From: Candidatus Bathyarchaeia archaeon
GTDB taxonomy: Archaea > Thermoproteota > Bathyarchaeia > 40CM-2-53-6
DNA: 64,000 nt
NCBI GenBank assembly: GCA_049513715.1
Contig: JBEKVV010000004.1
Coordinates: 1-64,000, forward strand
Reading direction: 5' to 3'
The translations under genes were made by a program, and so were the position numbers. The first letter of the stretch is position 1. Every line of letters starts with the position of its first letter. The notes beneath the pieces are model-generated. The model was not told the origin of the DNA. It was given only the letters and a program-made list of their open reading frames with translations, and ran no database searches. Below, one piece after another: positions 38,268 to 48,296 of this stretch.

Positions 38268-39531
38268 ACTGGTCATCAACAAACACCGAGAACGAATAAA
38301 CCACGGCCTAGAAGTTCTCCCGACCCTGAAATTCGGGGTTCCAGGTGGCCTGGGAAATAAGCGGTGGACGTCTGAGCTGATTCTCGCAACCTACGAACAG
38401 GCCACGACGGGAAAACCACCTGTAGCTTTTGAGTACAAGGTAGGGAAATCTGGCGGAGGGTTTGATCGTTTAGACTTCAAGAAAACGGGCAACGGGCCTC
38501 CTGATGATGAAGAATCCTTTGACCTCTCAATCCAACTAAACCGTCGCCCCTCAGGCCCAAAGATTGACATTCCAATTCCAGTCTACGGCGCGGGAATGTC
38601 ATTTGGTTCAGTTAGCCTCAACTTTATGTTGGCGCGTGCAATTGCCGCGAAACGACTGAACACATTCACTTGCACTGGCGAGGGTGGATATCCCCCTCAA
38701 CTCCTAGACTACAAGGACCACGTCATAACCCAAGTGGCAACGGGGATGTTCGGCGTTCGCGAGGATACCATTCAAGCAGCAAGAATTGTCGAGTTCAAGT
38801 ATGCACAAGGAGCCAAACCTGGCCTCGGGGGGCATCTGCTGGCTGACAAGGTCACGTCCGAAGTCGCGAGCATGAGGGAATCAGTACCCTTCACAGGATT
38901 ATACTCCCCCTTCCCATTCCACAGCGTTTACTCAGTTGAGGACCACAGGAAACACGTTGACTGGATGCGTATAGTCAACCCACGTTGTCTTGTATCGGTC
39001 AAGGTCTCTACCCCAGTCGACGTTGATATGGTCGCCATTGGAAGCTACTATGCAAACGCGAACATCATCCACATTGACGGCGGCTACGGCGGAACGGGCG
39101 CGGCTCCTGAAATCGCGAAGAAGAACATCGCAATGCCCATTGAATACGCGATTCCCAAGGTTCACCAGTACCTCATGGCGGAAGGAGTCAGGGACGAAGT
39201 CACACTGATGGCGAGTGGCGGAATCCGAACCGCATACGACGTCACCAAAGCAATTGCCCTCGGGGCTGATGGCTGCGTCATAGGAACAGCCGAGTGCGTT
39301 GCGGTTGGTTGCACCCACTGCGGAAACTGCGAGCGTGGGCGAGGGTGCCAAGTCGGAATCACCACAACAGACCCAGAGCTGACTCAACTCATTGATCCGG
39401 AGTGGGGTGCACAGAGAATCATGAACCTTTACAATTCGTGGTGCCAGCAGTGGAAGACTATTCTCAAGAACCTAGGTCTGCGGTCTATCAGGGAACTGAG
39501 GGGTAGAACAGATCTCCTAGTCTACGGGTGA
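38251..39531 (+). CDS. Glutamate synthase FMN-binding subunit (archaeal GltB2-type)
   Basis: GMSFGS, TGEGG, QVATG.FG, KYAQGAKPG.GGHL, DGG.GGTGAAP, CTHCGNC...C; start uncertain. Confidence 0.88.
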   Translation: MIGENELVINKHRERINHGLEVLPTLKFGVPGGLGNKRWTSELILATYEQATTGKPPVAFEYKVGKSGGGFDRLDFKKTGNGPPDDEESFDLSIQLNRRPSGPKIDIPIPVYGAGMSFGSVSLNFMLARAIAAKRLNTFTCTGEGGYPPQLLDYKDHVITQVATGMFGVREDTIQAARIVEFKYAQGAKPGLGGHLLADKVTSEVASMRESVPFTGLYSPFPFHSVYSVEDHRKHVDWMRIVNPRCLVSVKVSTPVDVDMVAIGSYYANANIIHIDGGYGGTGAAPEIAKKNIAMPIEYAIPKVHQYLMAEGVRDEVTLMASGGIRTAYDVTKAIALGADGCVIGTAECVAVGCTHCGNCERGRGCQVGITTTDPELTQLIDPEWGAQRIMNLYNSWCQQWKTILKNLGLRSIRELRGRTDLLVYG

Positions 39532-42068
39532 ATGCAATGAGCTTCGTCCAGGAAATAACTCACTCTAGAGCGGCACTAGTTCGAGGGCTCACGATTGGCC
39601 CGAAGGTGGAGGCCGAGGGCGGGTGCGGAGTTATTGGCCTAGCATGCACCGCGGCAATCCCGGGCAGACACATACTCCAAGCCTTGGCACAGATGAAGAA
39701 CCGCGGAAACGGAAAGGGTGGAGGAATCGCGGCCCTCGGACTTTCCGCGGCTCGCTTGGGTATCTCACAACAAGTGCTAGAGGAAGATTACCTCGTTCAA
39801 GTTGCATACTTGGACGTTTCCGCGCAGGCTGAAGTCGAGAGAGACTTCATTTCTCCATATCTCAGAGTTGATGCTGCAAATTGGGTTGAAACCGTAGCCG
39901 ACTACAGAGAGATTCCAGGCTTAGAAGTGAAGCCACCTGCAGTGCGCCGGTACTTCTGTCGGGTGAAAGAAGAAGTGCTCGGGCAATTCATGAAACGAAG
40001 CGGCATCCTTGAAAGGCAAAGGGCCGAGGACGAGTTCATCTACCAGAACAGCTACGCGCTGAACAAGAAATTCTACGCGTCTCTCGGCGACAAGAAAGCT
40101 TTCGTCCTCTCGCATGGGAAAGACATGATGGTTCTCAAAATCGTTGGGTACGGAGACCAAGTGGTTCGGTACTACAAGCTGGAAGACTTTGAAGCACACG
40201 TTTGGATTGGCCACCACAGGTACCCAACAAAAGGCAGGGTATGGCATCCGGGAGGCGCCCACCCCTTCGTAGGATTACACGAGGCACTCGTCCACAACGG
40301 CGACTTCTCCAATTATCACTCGATCTCAGAATACTTGGCTCAAAGGAACATCTACCCGCTTTTCCTGACGGACACGGAGGTCGCTGTCTATCTGTTTGAC
40401 CTCTGGAGGAGAGTATACGGGTACCCGATCGAGTACCTGATCGAAGCCATGGCTCCAACCACAGAACGGGACTTCTACATGCTCCCTGACGAGAAGAGGC
40501 GCATCTACCGAGAGATACAGGCGGCACACATTCACGGCTCCCCTGACGGCCCATGGTTCTTCATCGTGGGGCGAAGCGAAAGCGGGGGACGGCAGCTACA
40601 GCTCCTGGGTATCACTGACACATCTATGCTGCGCCCCCAGGTCTTTGCGATCCAAGAGGGCGAAGCCAAGATCGGTTTAATTGCATCAGAACGTCAGGCA
40701 ATTGATGCTTGTTTGAAGAGCCTAGCATCAGAGGATGGTCGGTTCGCGGCCAAAGCTGACCTATACTGGAATGCACGCGGCGGAAGCTACACAGACGGCG
40801 GAGCGTTCATCTTCACCGTTGACCGCACCAAAGAGAAACCACAACTGACTTGCATTGACAAATTCGGACGAGAAGTCAACGCACCGGCGAAGGCTCCTGA
40901 TGATCTGGTCCTGAAAGGAGTTCTCCAGCTCAACAGCAAGCGCCCGCCTGAGTCGCCGTTCTCTTTCGATTCGAGGGCCAAGACGATTGAGGAATTGTGC
41001 AGCGGACTCGTTGCTGCGTCTCAGAAGCGCCTGGACGAACGAAAATTATCGGTGGCCGCCATGGCATGGATCCTTGATCACCTCCATCTCATTCCGCACG
41101 GTAGAGCGGGAAGAATCCGAGAGAGAGTCGAGTCGTCCCTCTACGTGATCCTCAGAAGCTTTCCATCGGTTTCTAGCATGCATGAATCTGACTGGACGCT
41201 ACTGGACTTTTCAACTAGTGGCCTGTTACGAGCGCCGTCCGAAAACGAGAGTACGTTATTGCTCGATGTATGCGATTTTCCCGCTGAAGGAGACCGATCC
41301 GCTGCGGCTTTGATTGTTGCCGCGTACCGGAGGGGTTGGAAGCGGGTATTGTCTTTCGATTGGCGAGGGCAGAGGTTCTGCGGCTCAGGGTTAGGCCCAC
41401 AGAGCAATGGTTTCAGAATAGACGTCTTCGGGAACCCTGGGGATTACTTGGGTTCGGGGCTCGACGGAGCGGAAATCTACGTGCACACCTCAGCCCAAGA
41501 TCAAGTCGCCCAGATAATGAAATCGGGAAAGCTAGTAATCTACGGTGATGTGGGGCAGACTTTCATGTATGCCGCAAAGGGCGGTGAGGTCTACGTTCTC
41601 GGAAACGCTGCGGGACGCCCACTCATCAACGCCGTGGGCCATCCGCGAGTGATCATAAACGGAACTTGCCTAGACTACTTGGCAGAGTCATTCATGGCAG
41701 GAGATCCACTTAACGGCGGAGGTTTCGTCATAGTCAACGGAATCAAACTCGGAGAAGATGGAAGAGTCCAAAGCCTCGACACTCCATATCCAGGAGGAAA
41801 CCTCTTTTCCCTCGCATCTGGCGGCGCTATTTACATCAGGGATCCATCTGGCAGGGTCGGTTCGGATCAACTAAACGGGGGACAGTTGACTGCACTACAA
41901 GATTCAGACTGGAGAATTATCAGGCCATACCTTGAGGAAAACGAGAAGCTATTCGGAATCGAGATTGAGCAATTGCTGAGAATGGGCGAAACCATAGCTG
42001 CGCCTTCGCAAGTGTTTCGTAAGGTTGAGGCAGTTCCTTTGAGTGTCCTGGCCACGGTAAACGGCTAA
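39528..42068 (+). CDS. Glutamate synthase class II amidotransferase subunit fused to GXGXG (GltB3) domain
   Basis: EGG-CGVIG (Ntn Cys), HHRYPT, HPF, HNGD, DTE; C-terminal GQRFCG, GDYLGSG, GDVGQTFMY, SGGAIYIR. Confidence 0.85.
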   Translation: MNAMSFVQEITHSRAALVRGLTIGPKVEAEGGCGVIGLACTAAIPGRHILQALAQMKNRGNGKGGGIAALGLSAARLGISQQVLEEDYLVQVAYLDVSAQAEVERDFISPYLRVDAANWVETVADYREIPGLEVKPPAVRRYFCRVKEEVLGQFMKRSGILERQRAEDEFIYQNSYALNKKFYASLGDKKAFVLSHGKDMMVLKIVGYGDQVVRYYKLEDFEAHVWIGHHRYPTKGRVWHPGGAHPFVGLHEALVHNGDFSNYHSISEYLAQRNIYPLFLTDTEVAVYLFDLWRRVYGYPIEYLIEAMAPTTERDFYMLPDEKRRIYREIQAAHIHGSPDGPWFFIVGRSESGGRQLQLLGITDTSMLRPQVFAIQEGEAKIGLIASERQAIDACLKSLASEDGRFAAKADLYWNARGGSYTDGGAFIFTVDRTKEKPQLTCIDKFGREVNAPAKAPDDLVLKGVLQLNSKRPPESPFSFDSRAKTIEELCSGLVAASQKRLDERKLSVAAMAWILDHLHLIPHGRAGRIRERVESSLYVILRSFPSVSSMHESDWTLLDFSTSGLLRAPSENESTLLLDVCDFPAEGDRSAAALIVAAYRRGWKRVLSFDWRGQRFCGSGLGPQSNGFRIDVFGNPGDYLGSGLDGAEIYVHTSAQDQVAQIMKSGKLVIYGDVGQTFMYAAKGGEVYVLGNAAGRPLINAVGHPRVIINGTCLDYLAESFMAGDPLNGGGFVIVNGIKLGEDGRVQSLDTPYPGGNLFSLASGGAIYIRDPSGRVGSDQLNGGQLTALQDSDWRIIRPYLEENEKLFGIEIEQLLRMGETIAAPSQVFRKVEAVPLSVLATVNG

Positions 42069-42123
42069 CGTCTTGAACGTTAGAATAAATTAGGGAAGAA
42101 AAAAGGAAGGAACCTGCACGGTT

Positions 42124-42369
42124 TTACTTTACAGGTGGTGCAATTACCATTTCTTTGCCACACTTGTCACAATGGGTCACGTTTCCTGGAACCTGGGCGC
42201 TGCAGCTTGGACATGTCTTCAGTCTGAGGCCGTTCGATTTGATGTATTGGTGCATCATCTTGGTTAGCTCAGTGTAACTCAACAGACCTCCCTTTGGTGT
42301 ACCGGTAAGCATTGAGAGTGTGTCGTCTGCTACGATCGACCTTTGTGTGAGCATACTCTCTCTAGCCAT
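42124..42369 (-). CDS. Small SWIB/MDM2-like protein with C-terminal zinc ribbon
   Basis: LSYTELTKMMHQYIKSNGL resembles the SWIB core; CPSC-x10-CDKCG. Confidence 0.55.
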   Translation of the reverse strand: MARESMLTQRSIVADDTLSMLTGTPKGGLLSYTELTKMMHQYIKSNGLRLKTCPSCSAQVPGNVTHCDKCGKEMVIAPPVK

Positions 42370-42766
42370 GCAATCACCTCCACTCAGTCAAGCAACCTTT
42401 TTTCTCTAGAGGCCAAGACGTCGAAGTCACGTACTGGCTTGACTTCCGATTCTGTCTGTGAGTCAATTTGTCGATTGGACACTACCACGTGGGTAGCAGA
42501 GAAACCTGGAACCTCGAAATTACACACGTTCAAGCTCTGTTTAAGCACGCTAAGACTCGTATTTTCCCTTAAATTCCAAATCTCACGGGGCGGGCCGCTT
42601 GGGGTTATTAAGATGAGACGTAGTGGAAACTTTCATTCTCAAGCCGTTTCGTCTGTAGGTGTCTTATACGGCAAGCGCCTCAAAAAGAGGCCTTTTTCTC
42701 TGCCTTAACTTCAGGCAGCAGCCTTCAAACACCTACGCATAGTATGGCTTCGAGCGGGGAAAGGGT

Positions 42767-43276
42767 TTGGTTAGGCGGAAACAGATCTTGGTAATCGGTT
42801 TTGGTCGCGACCACTGCCCAGACGCCGCGTCCCAGGCAGCATACAAGGTCGGTGCGGAGGTTGCCAGGCGTGGCGCTTTGCTGCTCACAGGTGGCCTTGG
42901 TGGAGTGATGGAAGCTGCCAGCCGAGGAGCAAAGGAAGCAGGGGGCTTCGTAATCGGGATAATTCCTCAGGACAACAAGGATGAAGCAAACCCGTTTTGT
43001 GATGCGGTCGTAGCGACTGGCATTGGGTTTGCCAGGGATTTCGTAACCGCCAACTCAGCAGACGCCATTGTAGTAGTCGGCGGAGGGGCTGGGACCATGA
43101 TTGAAATCGCAGCAGCCTATCAGAAACGGATACCGATTGTCGCCATCAAGGGAACCGGGGGTGTAGCAGATCGCCTCGTTAACACATATCTTGATGATAG
43201 GAAGGTTGAAGTCATTCTTGGTGGAAACACCCCGGAAGAAGCTGTAAGCACTGCTTTCTCCGCGTTGGGAGACTAG
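42767..43276 (+). CDS. LOG/TIGR00725 family Rossmann-fold nucleotide-binding protein
   Basis: TGGLGGVMEAA, GIIP, GGGAGTMIE. Confidence 0.88.
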   Translation: MVRRKQILVIGFGRDHCPDAASQAAYKVGAEVARRGALLLTGGLGGVMEAASRGAKEAGGFVIGIIPQDNKDEANPFCDAVVATGIGFARDFVTANSADAIVVVGGGAGTMIEIAAAYQKRIPIVAIKGTGGVADRLVNTYLDDRKVEVILGGNTPEEAVSTAFSALGD

Positions 43277-43359
43277 TAGATCGCGACGCTCAGTCTTCCA
43301 TTATTCTTTTGCTGATTGTGGCTAATGCTATTTTAGATGCTCCAATTGCCAATAGTGGC

Positions 43360-43734
43360 ATGAGCTTTCATTACGAGCGTGCACCGGACGTTTCTGAGTT
43401 GCTTGGAGGAATCATTGACAAGTTAGGCTTCACGCACATTCCAAAGAACCGTGTCTATTGCTATCGAAGTCACGGTTCAAAGGCCACAAACGTAATTGCC
43501 CGCGTCCACTCGCTCCCGAGGATTTGGCAGCAGGCCCTTAGTGAACCTGCGTATTATGCGGTTGAGGTGTTGGCTGAGCAATACGACTCGCTTCCTATGG
43601 ACGAGAAGGAGAAGACGTTGATCCATGAACTACTCCATATCCCCAAAGCCTTCGGCGGTGGGTTCAGGTATCATAAGAACTGGGTCACACAGAGAAGGGT
43701 TGAATCTCTCTACCGCGTTTTGAATGACTCCTAA
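43360..43734 (+). CDS. Putative zinc metallopeptidase (archaeal HExxH family)
   Basis: YCYRSHGS, IWQQAL, LIHELLHIP. Confidence 0.75.
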   Translation: MSFHYERAPDVSELLGGIIDKLGFTHIPKNRVYCYRSHGSKATNVIARVHSLPRIWQQALSEPAYYAVEVLAEQYDSLPMDEKEKTLIHELLHIPKAFGGGFRYHKNWVTQRRVESLYRVLNDS

Positions 43735-43739
43735 AGGAG

Positions 43740-44492
43740 TTATTCGGGCGCTTGCGCTTTGCTCCGTCTTCTTAACTTGAGCTTCCAACCAATCCAAAGC
43801 CCGAAGCAAATCAAAGCGACGTAGACGACGACATTGAGGTATCTGAAAGCCGAGACTACCGCCTCCCAAGAGTATCCAAGCCACCAGCCCAAATAGACGA
43901 GAACGATGTTCCAAGGCAGGCACCCGGCTAGAGTATACAACGCGAACTTTGTCTTGCTCATGCGGTAAACGCCTGCGGGAAATGAAATTAACACTCTAGC
44001 GGCGGGTACCAAACGGAAGATGGCAACGGCCACAGCGCCATGATGCTCGAACCACACGCCAACCCTTTGAAGGTGCGGCGCGTGGACAAATGGAAGTTTG
44101 GATTTGCTGGTTAGCAACGACTCTCCAAGCTTCCAACCTAAGTAATAATCTATGAACGAGCCTAGGAGAGCGGCAAACGTACTGATGAATATGACCGGCC
44201 AAAATTCCAGAGTGCCCCTGGATACCAAGTATCCCGCAAATGGAAGTACGATCTCACTCGGCACCGGGAAGGCCGCAGCCTCCAATAGCATCAGGACCAA
44301 GACGCCAACATAACCCGTCGCTGAGACAAAATCCAAAACATACTTCGGGAGGTTCGTGACAAATGCAACCATTCCCTCTGTACCGTTCTTACCGCTCGAT
44401 TCGGCGACGTCTTCCAAGTAACTTAAGGAGACTACGGTGACCGGGACGACAAGAAGCAACAAGATTAGCAGGATGCGAACCCAGCGCTTCAT
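43740..44492 (-). CDS. DedA family membrane protein
   Basis: PVPSEIVLPFAG, FRLVPAARVLISFPAG. Confidence 0.9.
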   Translation of the reverse strand: MKRWVRILLILLLLVVPVTVVSLSYLEDVAESSGKNGTEGMVAFVTNLPKYVLDFVSATGYVGVLVLMLLEAAAFPVPSEIVLPFAGYLVSRGTLEFWPVIFISTFAALLGSFIDYYLGWKLGESLLTSKSKLPFVHAPHLQRVGVWFEHHGAVAVAIFRLVPAARVLISFPAGVYRMSKTKFALYTLAGCLPWNIVLVYLGWWLGYSWEAVVSAFRYLNVVVYVALICFGLWIGWKLKLRRRSKAQAPE

Positions 44493-44568
44493 TCAGTTCA
44501 CCCTCTTTCCCGCGTTCAGTTACGGAAAGAACTGCGCCTCGAACGTTCAAACTCACAAAGACACGTAA

Positions 44569-46506
44569 TCATGCAGCTCTGATTGGAGTTCTCTTACGCC
44601 GCGAAAGCAATGCGAGGGCAGACATGAGAACAATCATCAAAGACGCCTGCACCACCGGCAGTTCTGGAATAGTGTTCATCGTGGGCACTCTGAGAATGGT
44701 GCCTTGGCTTCCACCACCAGGTGTGCCTCCGACAATCAAGCCCGCTCCACTTGATACCATGGATATTGATTCCAAATTGACAGGACCCACAATCGAAGGC
44801 GAAACGAAGTAGACGTTCCAACTGATTCCTGCCCAATGCAGAATAGTTGCTGAGTTGCCTACGGCCCATGCCTCCTGCGGGCTCACTTGAACCACAGAGT
44901 TCAAGTCCGCGGAGACGGAGGTCGCAACGTTGACCCATTTGGTTCCATCATAATGCAGAACTCCTCCTACTGCCCCAACCGCCCAGCCATGCGTCGAATC
45001 TGACAGATAGACCGAGTTCAATCGCGCTCCAGTTGAGCTCGGCATCTTGAGCCATTGGCCGCTAAGGGCTTGATAATGGAGGATTGTTCCCCCGTCCCCG
45101 ACTGCCCAACCATCAGTTGACCCCAGCATGAACACGCTTCGCAGATTGTTCCCCGTGGAGACCTGACTTGCTGCCCACGAGCCTCCAGAATACCTCAGGA
45201 TGATTCCATTATCACCCACAGCCCAACCGTCGCTAGAGTCCACCATGAAAACAGAACGGAGAACGTATCCACTAAGTGGAGCCAGAACCTGCGACCAAGT
45301 TCCTCCATTATAGTGTAAGATCAAGGGCGTAGTTCCTAAGCCTCCAACGGCCCAGCCCTCCGACGGGTTAACCATGAAAACCGAGTAAAGATCAGCTGTT
45401 TGAGCCGCAACTGTTCCTCTTGTTAGCGTATTGCCGTCCCAGTGCGCAACGACCGGTTCACCCAGGCCACTCAAGCAACCGCCTGTGGAGCAGCCCACAA
45501 TCCAGCCGTCGGTACTGCTGGATAGGTAGACTGATTGAAAGCTCGCTGACGGGACTCCCTGCGTAGGTGTGCCTCCAACCGGGATGGTTACTCCGGAGTC
45601 ACCCACCGCCCAACCTGTCTGACCTGCGAAGGATACTGCGTTCAGGTTCTGGTTCGTGCCAAGATAGTTGGGAGGCTGAGCGGTCCAGGCGCCGCCCGAG
45701 TAATGTAGCTCTGCGCCAGAAGTCCCGACAGCCCACCCTTCTGTCGGGCTAAGCATGAACACTGATCTCAGATCTTCGCTTGTTGTTCCAGGTGACACAG
45801 GACCCGTCCATTGTCCTGCAGAGTAATGAAAGATAGTGCCACCGTTGCCGACAGCCCACCCCTCGTTAGCGCTCAACATGAAAATGGAGTTCAGCGTACT
45901 TCCAGTTGTGGTGTAGACCGACCACCCGCCACCGGTGTAATGGTAAATCGCTCCCCCAAGCCCTACTGCCCAACCGTCCGTTGCGCTCGTCATGAAAACC
46001 GAGTTCAACCCGGATCCACCCAAGGTTACCATGCTCCATCCGCCTCCCAGGCCTGCAGCTCCGGACCAATGCCAGAAGGCGCCTGTTGCGGAATCGACGG
46101 CCCAAGCGTCGGTCGGGCTAACCTCGAAAACAGATGAGAGGCTTTGAGCGTTCGGCGAAGAAAGCCCGAGGTCGATACTTGACCATCCTACCGTGCCCCA
46201 GTAAAGTGCCGTAGCACTTCCGAGGCTTCCACCAACCGCAAAACCATTCGTGTAAGATGTCCCAGGTGGCCCGAACGAGACGCCGAGAAGGTCGGCTGTT
46301 GTCCCGGAAGGAACTACGCTCCACCCTCCGCCGTCGAAATGCAGGGTTATCCCAGAATTGCCTACGGCCCAACCACTGGTCAAACTCAAAAGCGTCAAGG
46401 CGTTTAGGCTGTTGGTCGTCGATGGCGATGCCCAGACCTGCGTGCTAATAGATGAATAGCCCAAGAAAATCAGCAAAGCGAGCAGGCCCAAGGATCTTAC
46501 GCGCAA
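44569..46506 (-). CDS. Secreted repeat (Ycf48/BNR-like) beta-propeller protein with PEF-CTERM-like sorting signal
   Basis: Signal peptide; 14 copies of L.SVFM.S..(D/E)GWAVG..G.ILHY.G..W; C-terminal IPEL, TM helix, RRKR. Confidence 0.75.
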   Translation of the reverse strand: MRVRSLGLLALLIFLGYSSISTQVWASPSTTNSLNALTLLSLTSGWAVGNSGITLHFDGGGWSVVPSGTTADLLGVSFGPPGTSYTNGFAVGGSLGSATALYWGTVGWSSIDLGLSSPNAQSLSSVFEVSPTDAWAVDSATGAFWHWSGAAGLGGGWSMVTLGGSGLNSVFMTSATDGWAVGLGGAIYHYTGGGWSVYTTTGSTLNSIFMLSANEGWAVGNGGTIFHYSAGQWTGPVSPGTTSEDLRSVFMLSPTEGWAVGTSGAELHYSGGAWTAQPPNYLGTNQNLNAVSFAGQTGWAVGDSGVTIPVGGTPTQGVPSASFQSVYLSSSTDGWIVGCSTGGCLSGLGEPVVAHWDGNTLTRGTVAAQTADLYSVFMVNPSEGWAVGGLGTTPLILHYNGGTWSQVLAPLSGYVLRSVFMVDSSDGWAVGDNGIILRYSGGSWAASQVSTGNNLRSVFMLGSTDGWAVGDGGTILHYQALSGQWLKMPSSTGARLNSVYLSDSTHGWAVGAVGGVLHYDGTKWVNVATSVSADLNSVVQVSPQEAWAVGNSATILHWAGISWNVYFVSPSIVGPVNLESISMVSSGAGLIVGGTPGGGSQGTILRVPTMNTIPELPVVQASLMIVLMSALALLSRRKRTPIRAA

Positions 46507-46624
46507 ATCTATCCCGACACCTGACGGATACTATGTGCTGAGAGTATTAGGCTGGTGCCTAATTTAGTAACTTCTAATCATTGATATGCCACTGCGCTTT
46601 CCATATTTGTCTAGATGCGCCGAG

Positions 46625-47911
46625 ATGCCAAGCAAATACGCCTTAACGAAAATCACTGCGAGAGAAATTCTGGATTCACGAGGCAACCCTACAGTCGAAG
46701 CAATCGCTTATACTAAGAACGAGTGGGAGAAGGCCGCCGTACCATCTGGCGCTTCCACAGGCACGCACGAGGCTCTGGAACTGCGCGATGGCGATCCTAA
46801 ACGGTACAAAGGACTGGGCGTTCAAAAAGCCATTGAAAACATCCAGAAGATCATCGCACCGAAACTGGTCAGCCAGGACCCGCGGCGGCAGTCGAAAATC
46901 GACCAGATGATGATTGAGTTAGATGGAACGCCCAACAAATCGCGGCTAGGAGCAAACGCTATCCTCGCAGTATCGCTGGCCGTGGCTCGGCTCGCAGCGA
47001 AATTAGAACAGATAGATCCCTACGAGTACATTAGCAAAGGAAAGGGAAGGACGCTTCCAGTTCCTGTAATGAACGTGATTAACGGAGGAAAACACGCGGG
47101 CACCGAGCTGAAGATTCAGGAATTCATGATTATGCCCGCTGCCGCGAAGAGTTTCAGCGAATCGCTACGAATTGGTGTGGAGGTATACCATGCGCTTAAG
47201 CAAGTCATCCAGTCAAAGCACGGTAAGCAGGCAATTAACGTAGGAGACGAAGGAGGCTTCGCTCCACCCATTACTAACACCACCGAAGCCGTTGAGATAC
47301 TTATGCAATCTATCTCGAACGCAGGCTACAATGCTGGGAAAGATGTCTTTCTTGGGTTCGACGCCGCCTCATCAGAGTTCTACGACAACGGCACGTACAA
47401 AATCGACGGCGAAAGCAAATCTCCGGAACGACTCATGGAATTCTACTTGGATTTGATTCATCGCTTCCCGATCCGTTATGTTGAAGATCCTTTCGAACAG
47501 GAAGATTTCACGCACACTGCAGAATTCACACGGAAAGTCGGCGACAAGGTTCTGGTTGTCGGCGACGACATATTCGTCACAAACGTGAGGAGGCTGAAGA
47601 GGGGCATTGATGATGGCGCGGCCAACACTCTGTTGCTTAAGGTAAATCAAATTGGAACATTAACAGAAGCTTTAGGTGCTGCTGAACTTGCGTTTCGAAA
47701 TGGCTATGGAGTCGTCACAAGCCACAGGTCAGGGGAGACGGAAGACACAACCATTGCCGATCTCGCTGTGGCCCTGAATTGTGGTAAGATAAAGACAGGT
47801 GCGCCATGCCGCTCCGAACGCACTGCGAAATACAACAGGTTGCTCCGCATTGAAGAAGGGCTGGGTAGGAAGAGCAGGTTCGCCGGCCTAGATGCGTTGC
47901 GCGGGCGCTGA
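46625..47911 (+). CDS. eno: Enolase
   Basis: REILDSRGNPTVE, VPSGASTG, GDEGGF, LLKVNQIG, SHRSGET, IKTG. Confidence 0.97.
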   Translation: MPSKYALTKITAREILDSRGNPTVEAIAYTKNEWEKAAVPSGASTGTHEALELRDGDPKRYKGLGVQKAIENIQKIIAPKLVSQDPRRQSKIDQMMIELDGTPNKSRLGANAILAVSLAVARLAAKLEQIDPYEYISKGKGRTLPVPVMNVINGGKHAGTELKIQEFMIMPAAAKSFSESLRIGVEVYHALKQVIQSKHGKQAINVGDEGGFAPPITNTTEAVEILMQSISNAGYNAGKDVFLGFDAASSEFYDNGTYKIDGESKSPERLMEFYLDLIHRFPIRYVEDPFEQEDFTHTAEFTRKVGDKVLVVGDDIFVTNVRRLKRGIDDGAANTLLLKVNQIGTLTEALGAAELAFRNGYGVVTSHRSGETEDTTIADLAVALNCGKIKTGAPCRSERTAKYNRLLRIEEGLGRKSRFAGLDALRGR

Positions 47912-47928
47912 CCTCTAACTGTCAAGGC

Positions 47929-47962
47929 CATAAGGATATTAGTATAAGCTAATATACTAATG
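47929..47962 (+). promoter_or_regulatory. Inverted-repeat operator upstream of arsR-family gene
   Basis: CATAAGGATATTAG-tataag-CTAATATACTAATG, 12/14 complementary, ending 10 nt before the ATG. Confidence 0.6.
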
Positions 47963-47972
47963 TCGACGCGCC

Positions 47973-48296
47973 ATGAAACCGTACATGCTTCAAGCAGACC
48001 TTTGCAGAGCCCTCGCCCATCCCACTCGCTTGGAGGTACTCGACCTCATCTCCAAACGTGAACGAAGCGTAGAGGAATTGGCAGGGCTCATTGGAATAGG
48101 CCAATCGAATCTATCGCAGCATCTAGCGGCCCTTCGACAACAAAGACTCGTAGTCCCCAGGCGCGCTGGGATGAACGTATACTACGGGTTGTCAAACCCG
48201 AAGATAGCCGAGGCGTGCTCAACGATTCGAGAGGTTCTGGCGGAATTAATCGCACAGGATCAACGTACAGCCGCTTTGCTGGAGGTGCCACGCTAG
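47973..48296 (+). CDS. ArsR/SmtB family transcriptional regulator
   Basis: ALAHPTRL, SNLSQHLA.LR, VYY.L. Confidence 0.92.
   Translation: MKPYMLQADLCRALAHPTRLEVLDLISKRERSVEELAGLIGIGQSNLSQHLAALRQQRLVVPRRAGMNVYYGLSNPKIAEACSTIREVLAELIAQDQRTAALLEVPR

Noticed and set aside
44900..46380. Recurring gcccaacc/gcccagcc DNA motifs resembling a spaced repeat array
   Set aside because: They encode the GWAVG protein repeats inside a CDS, so this is not a CRISPR array.
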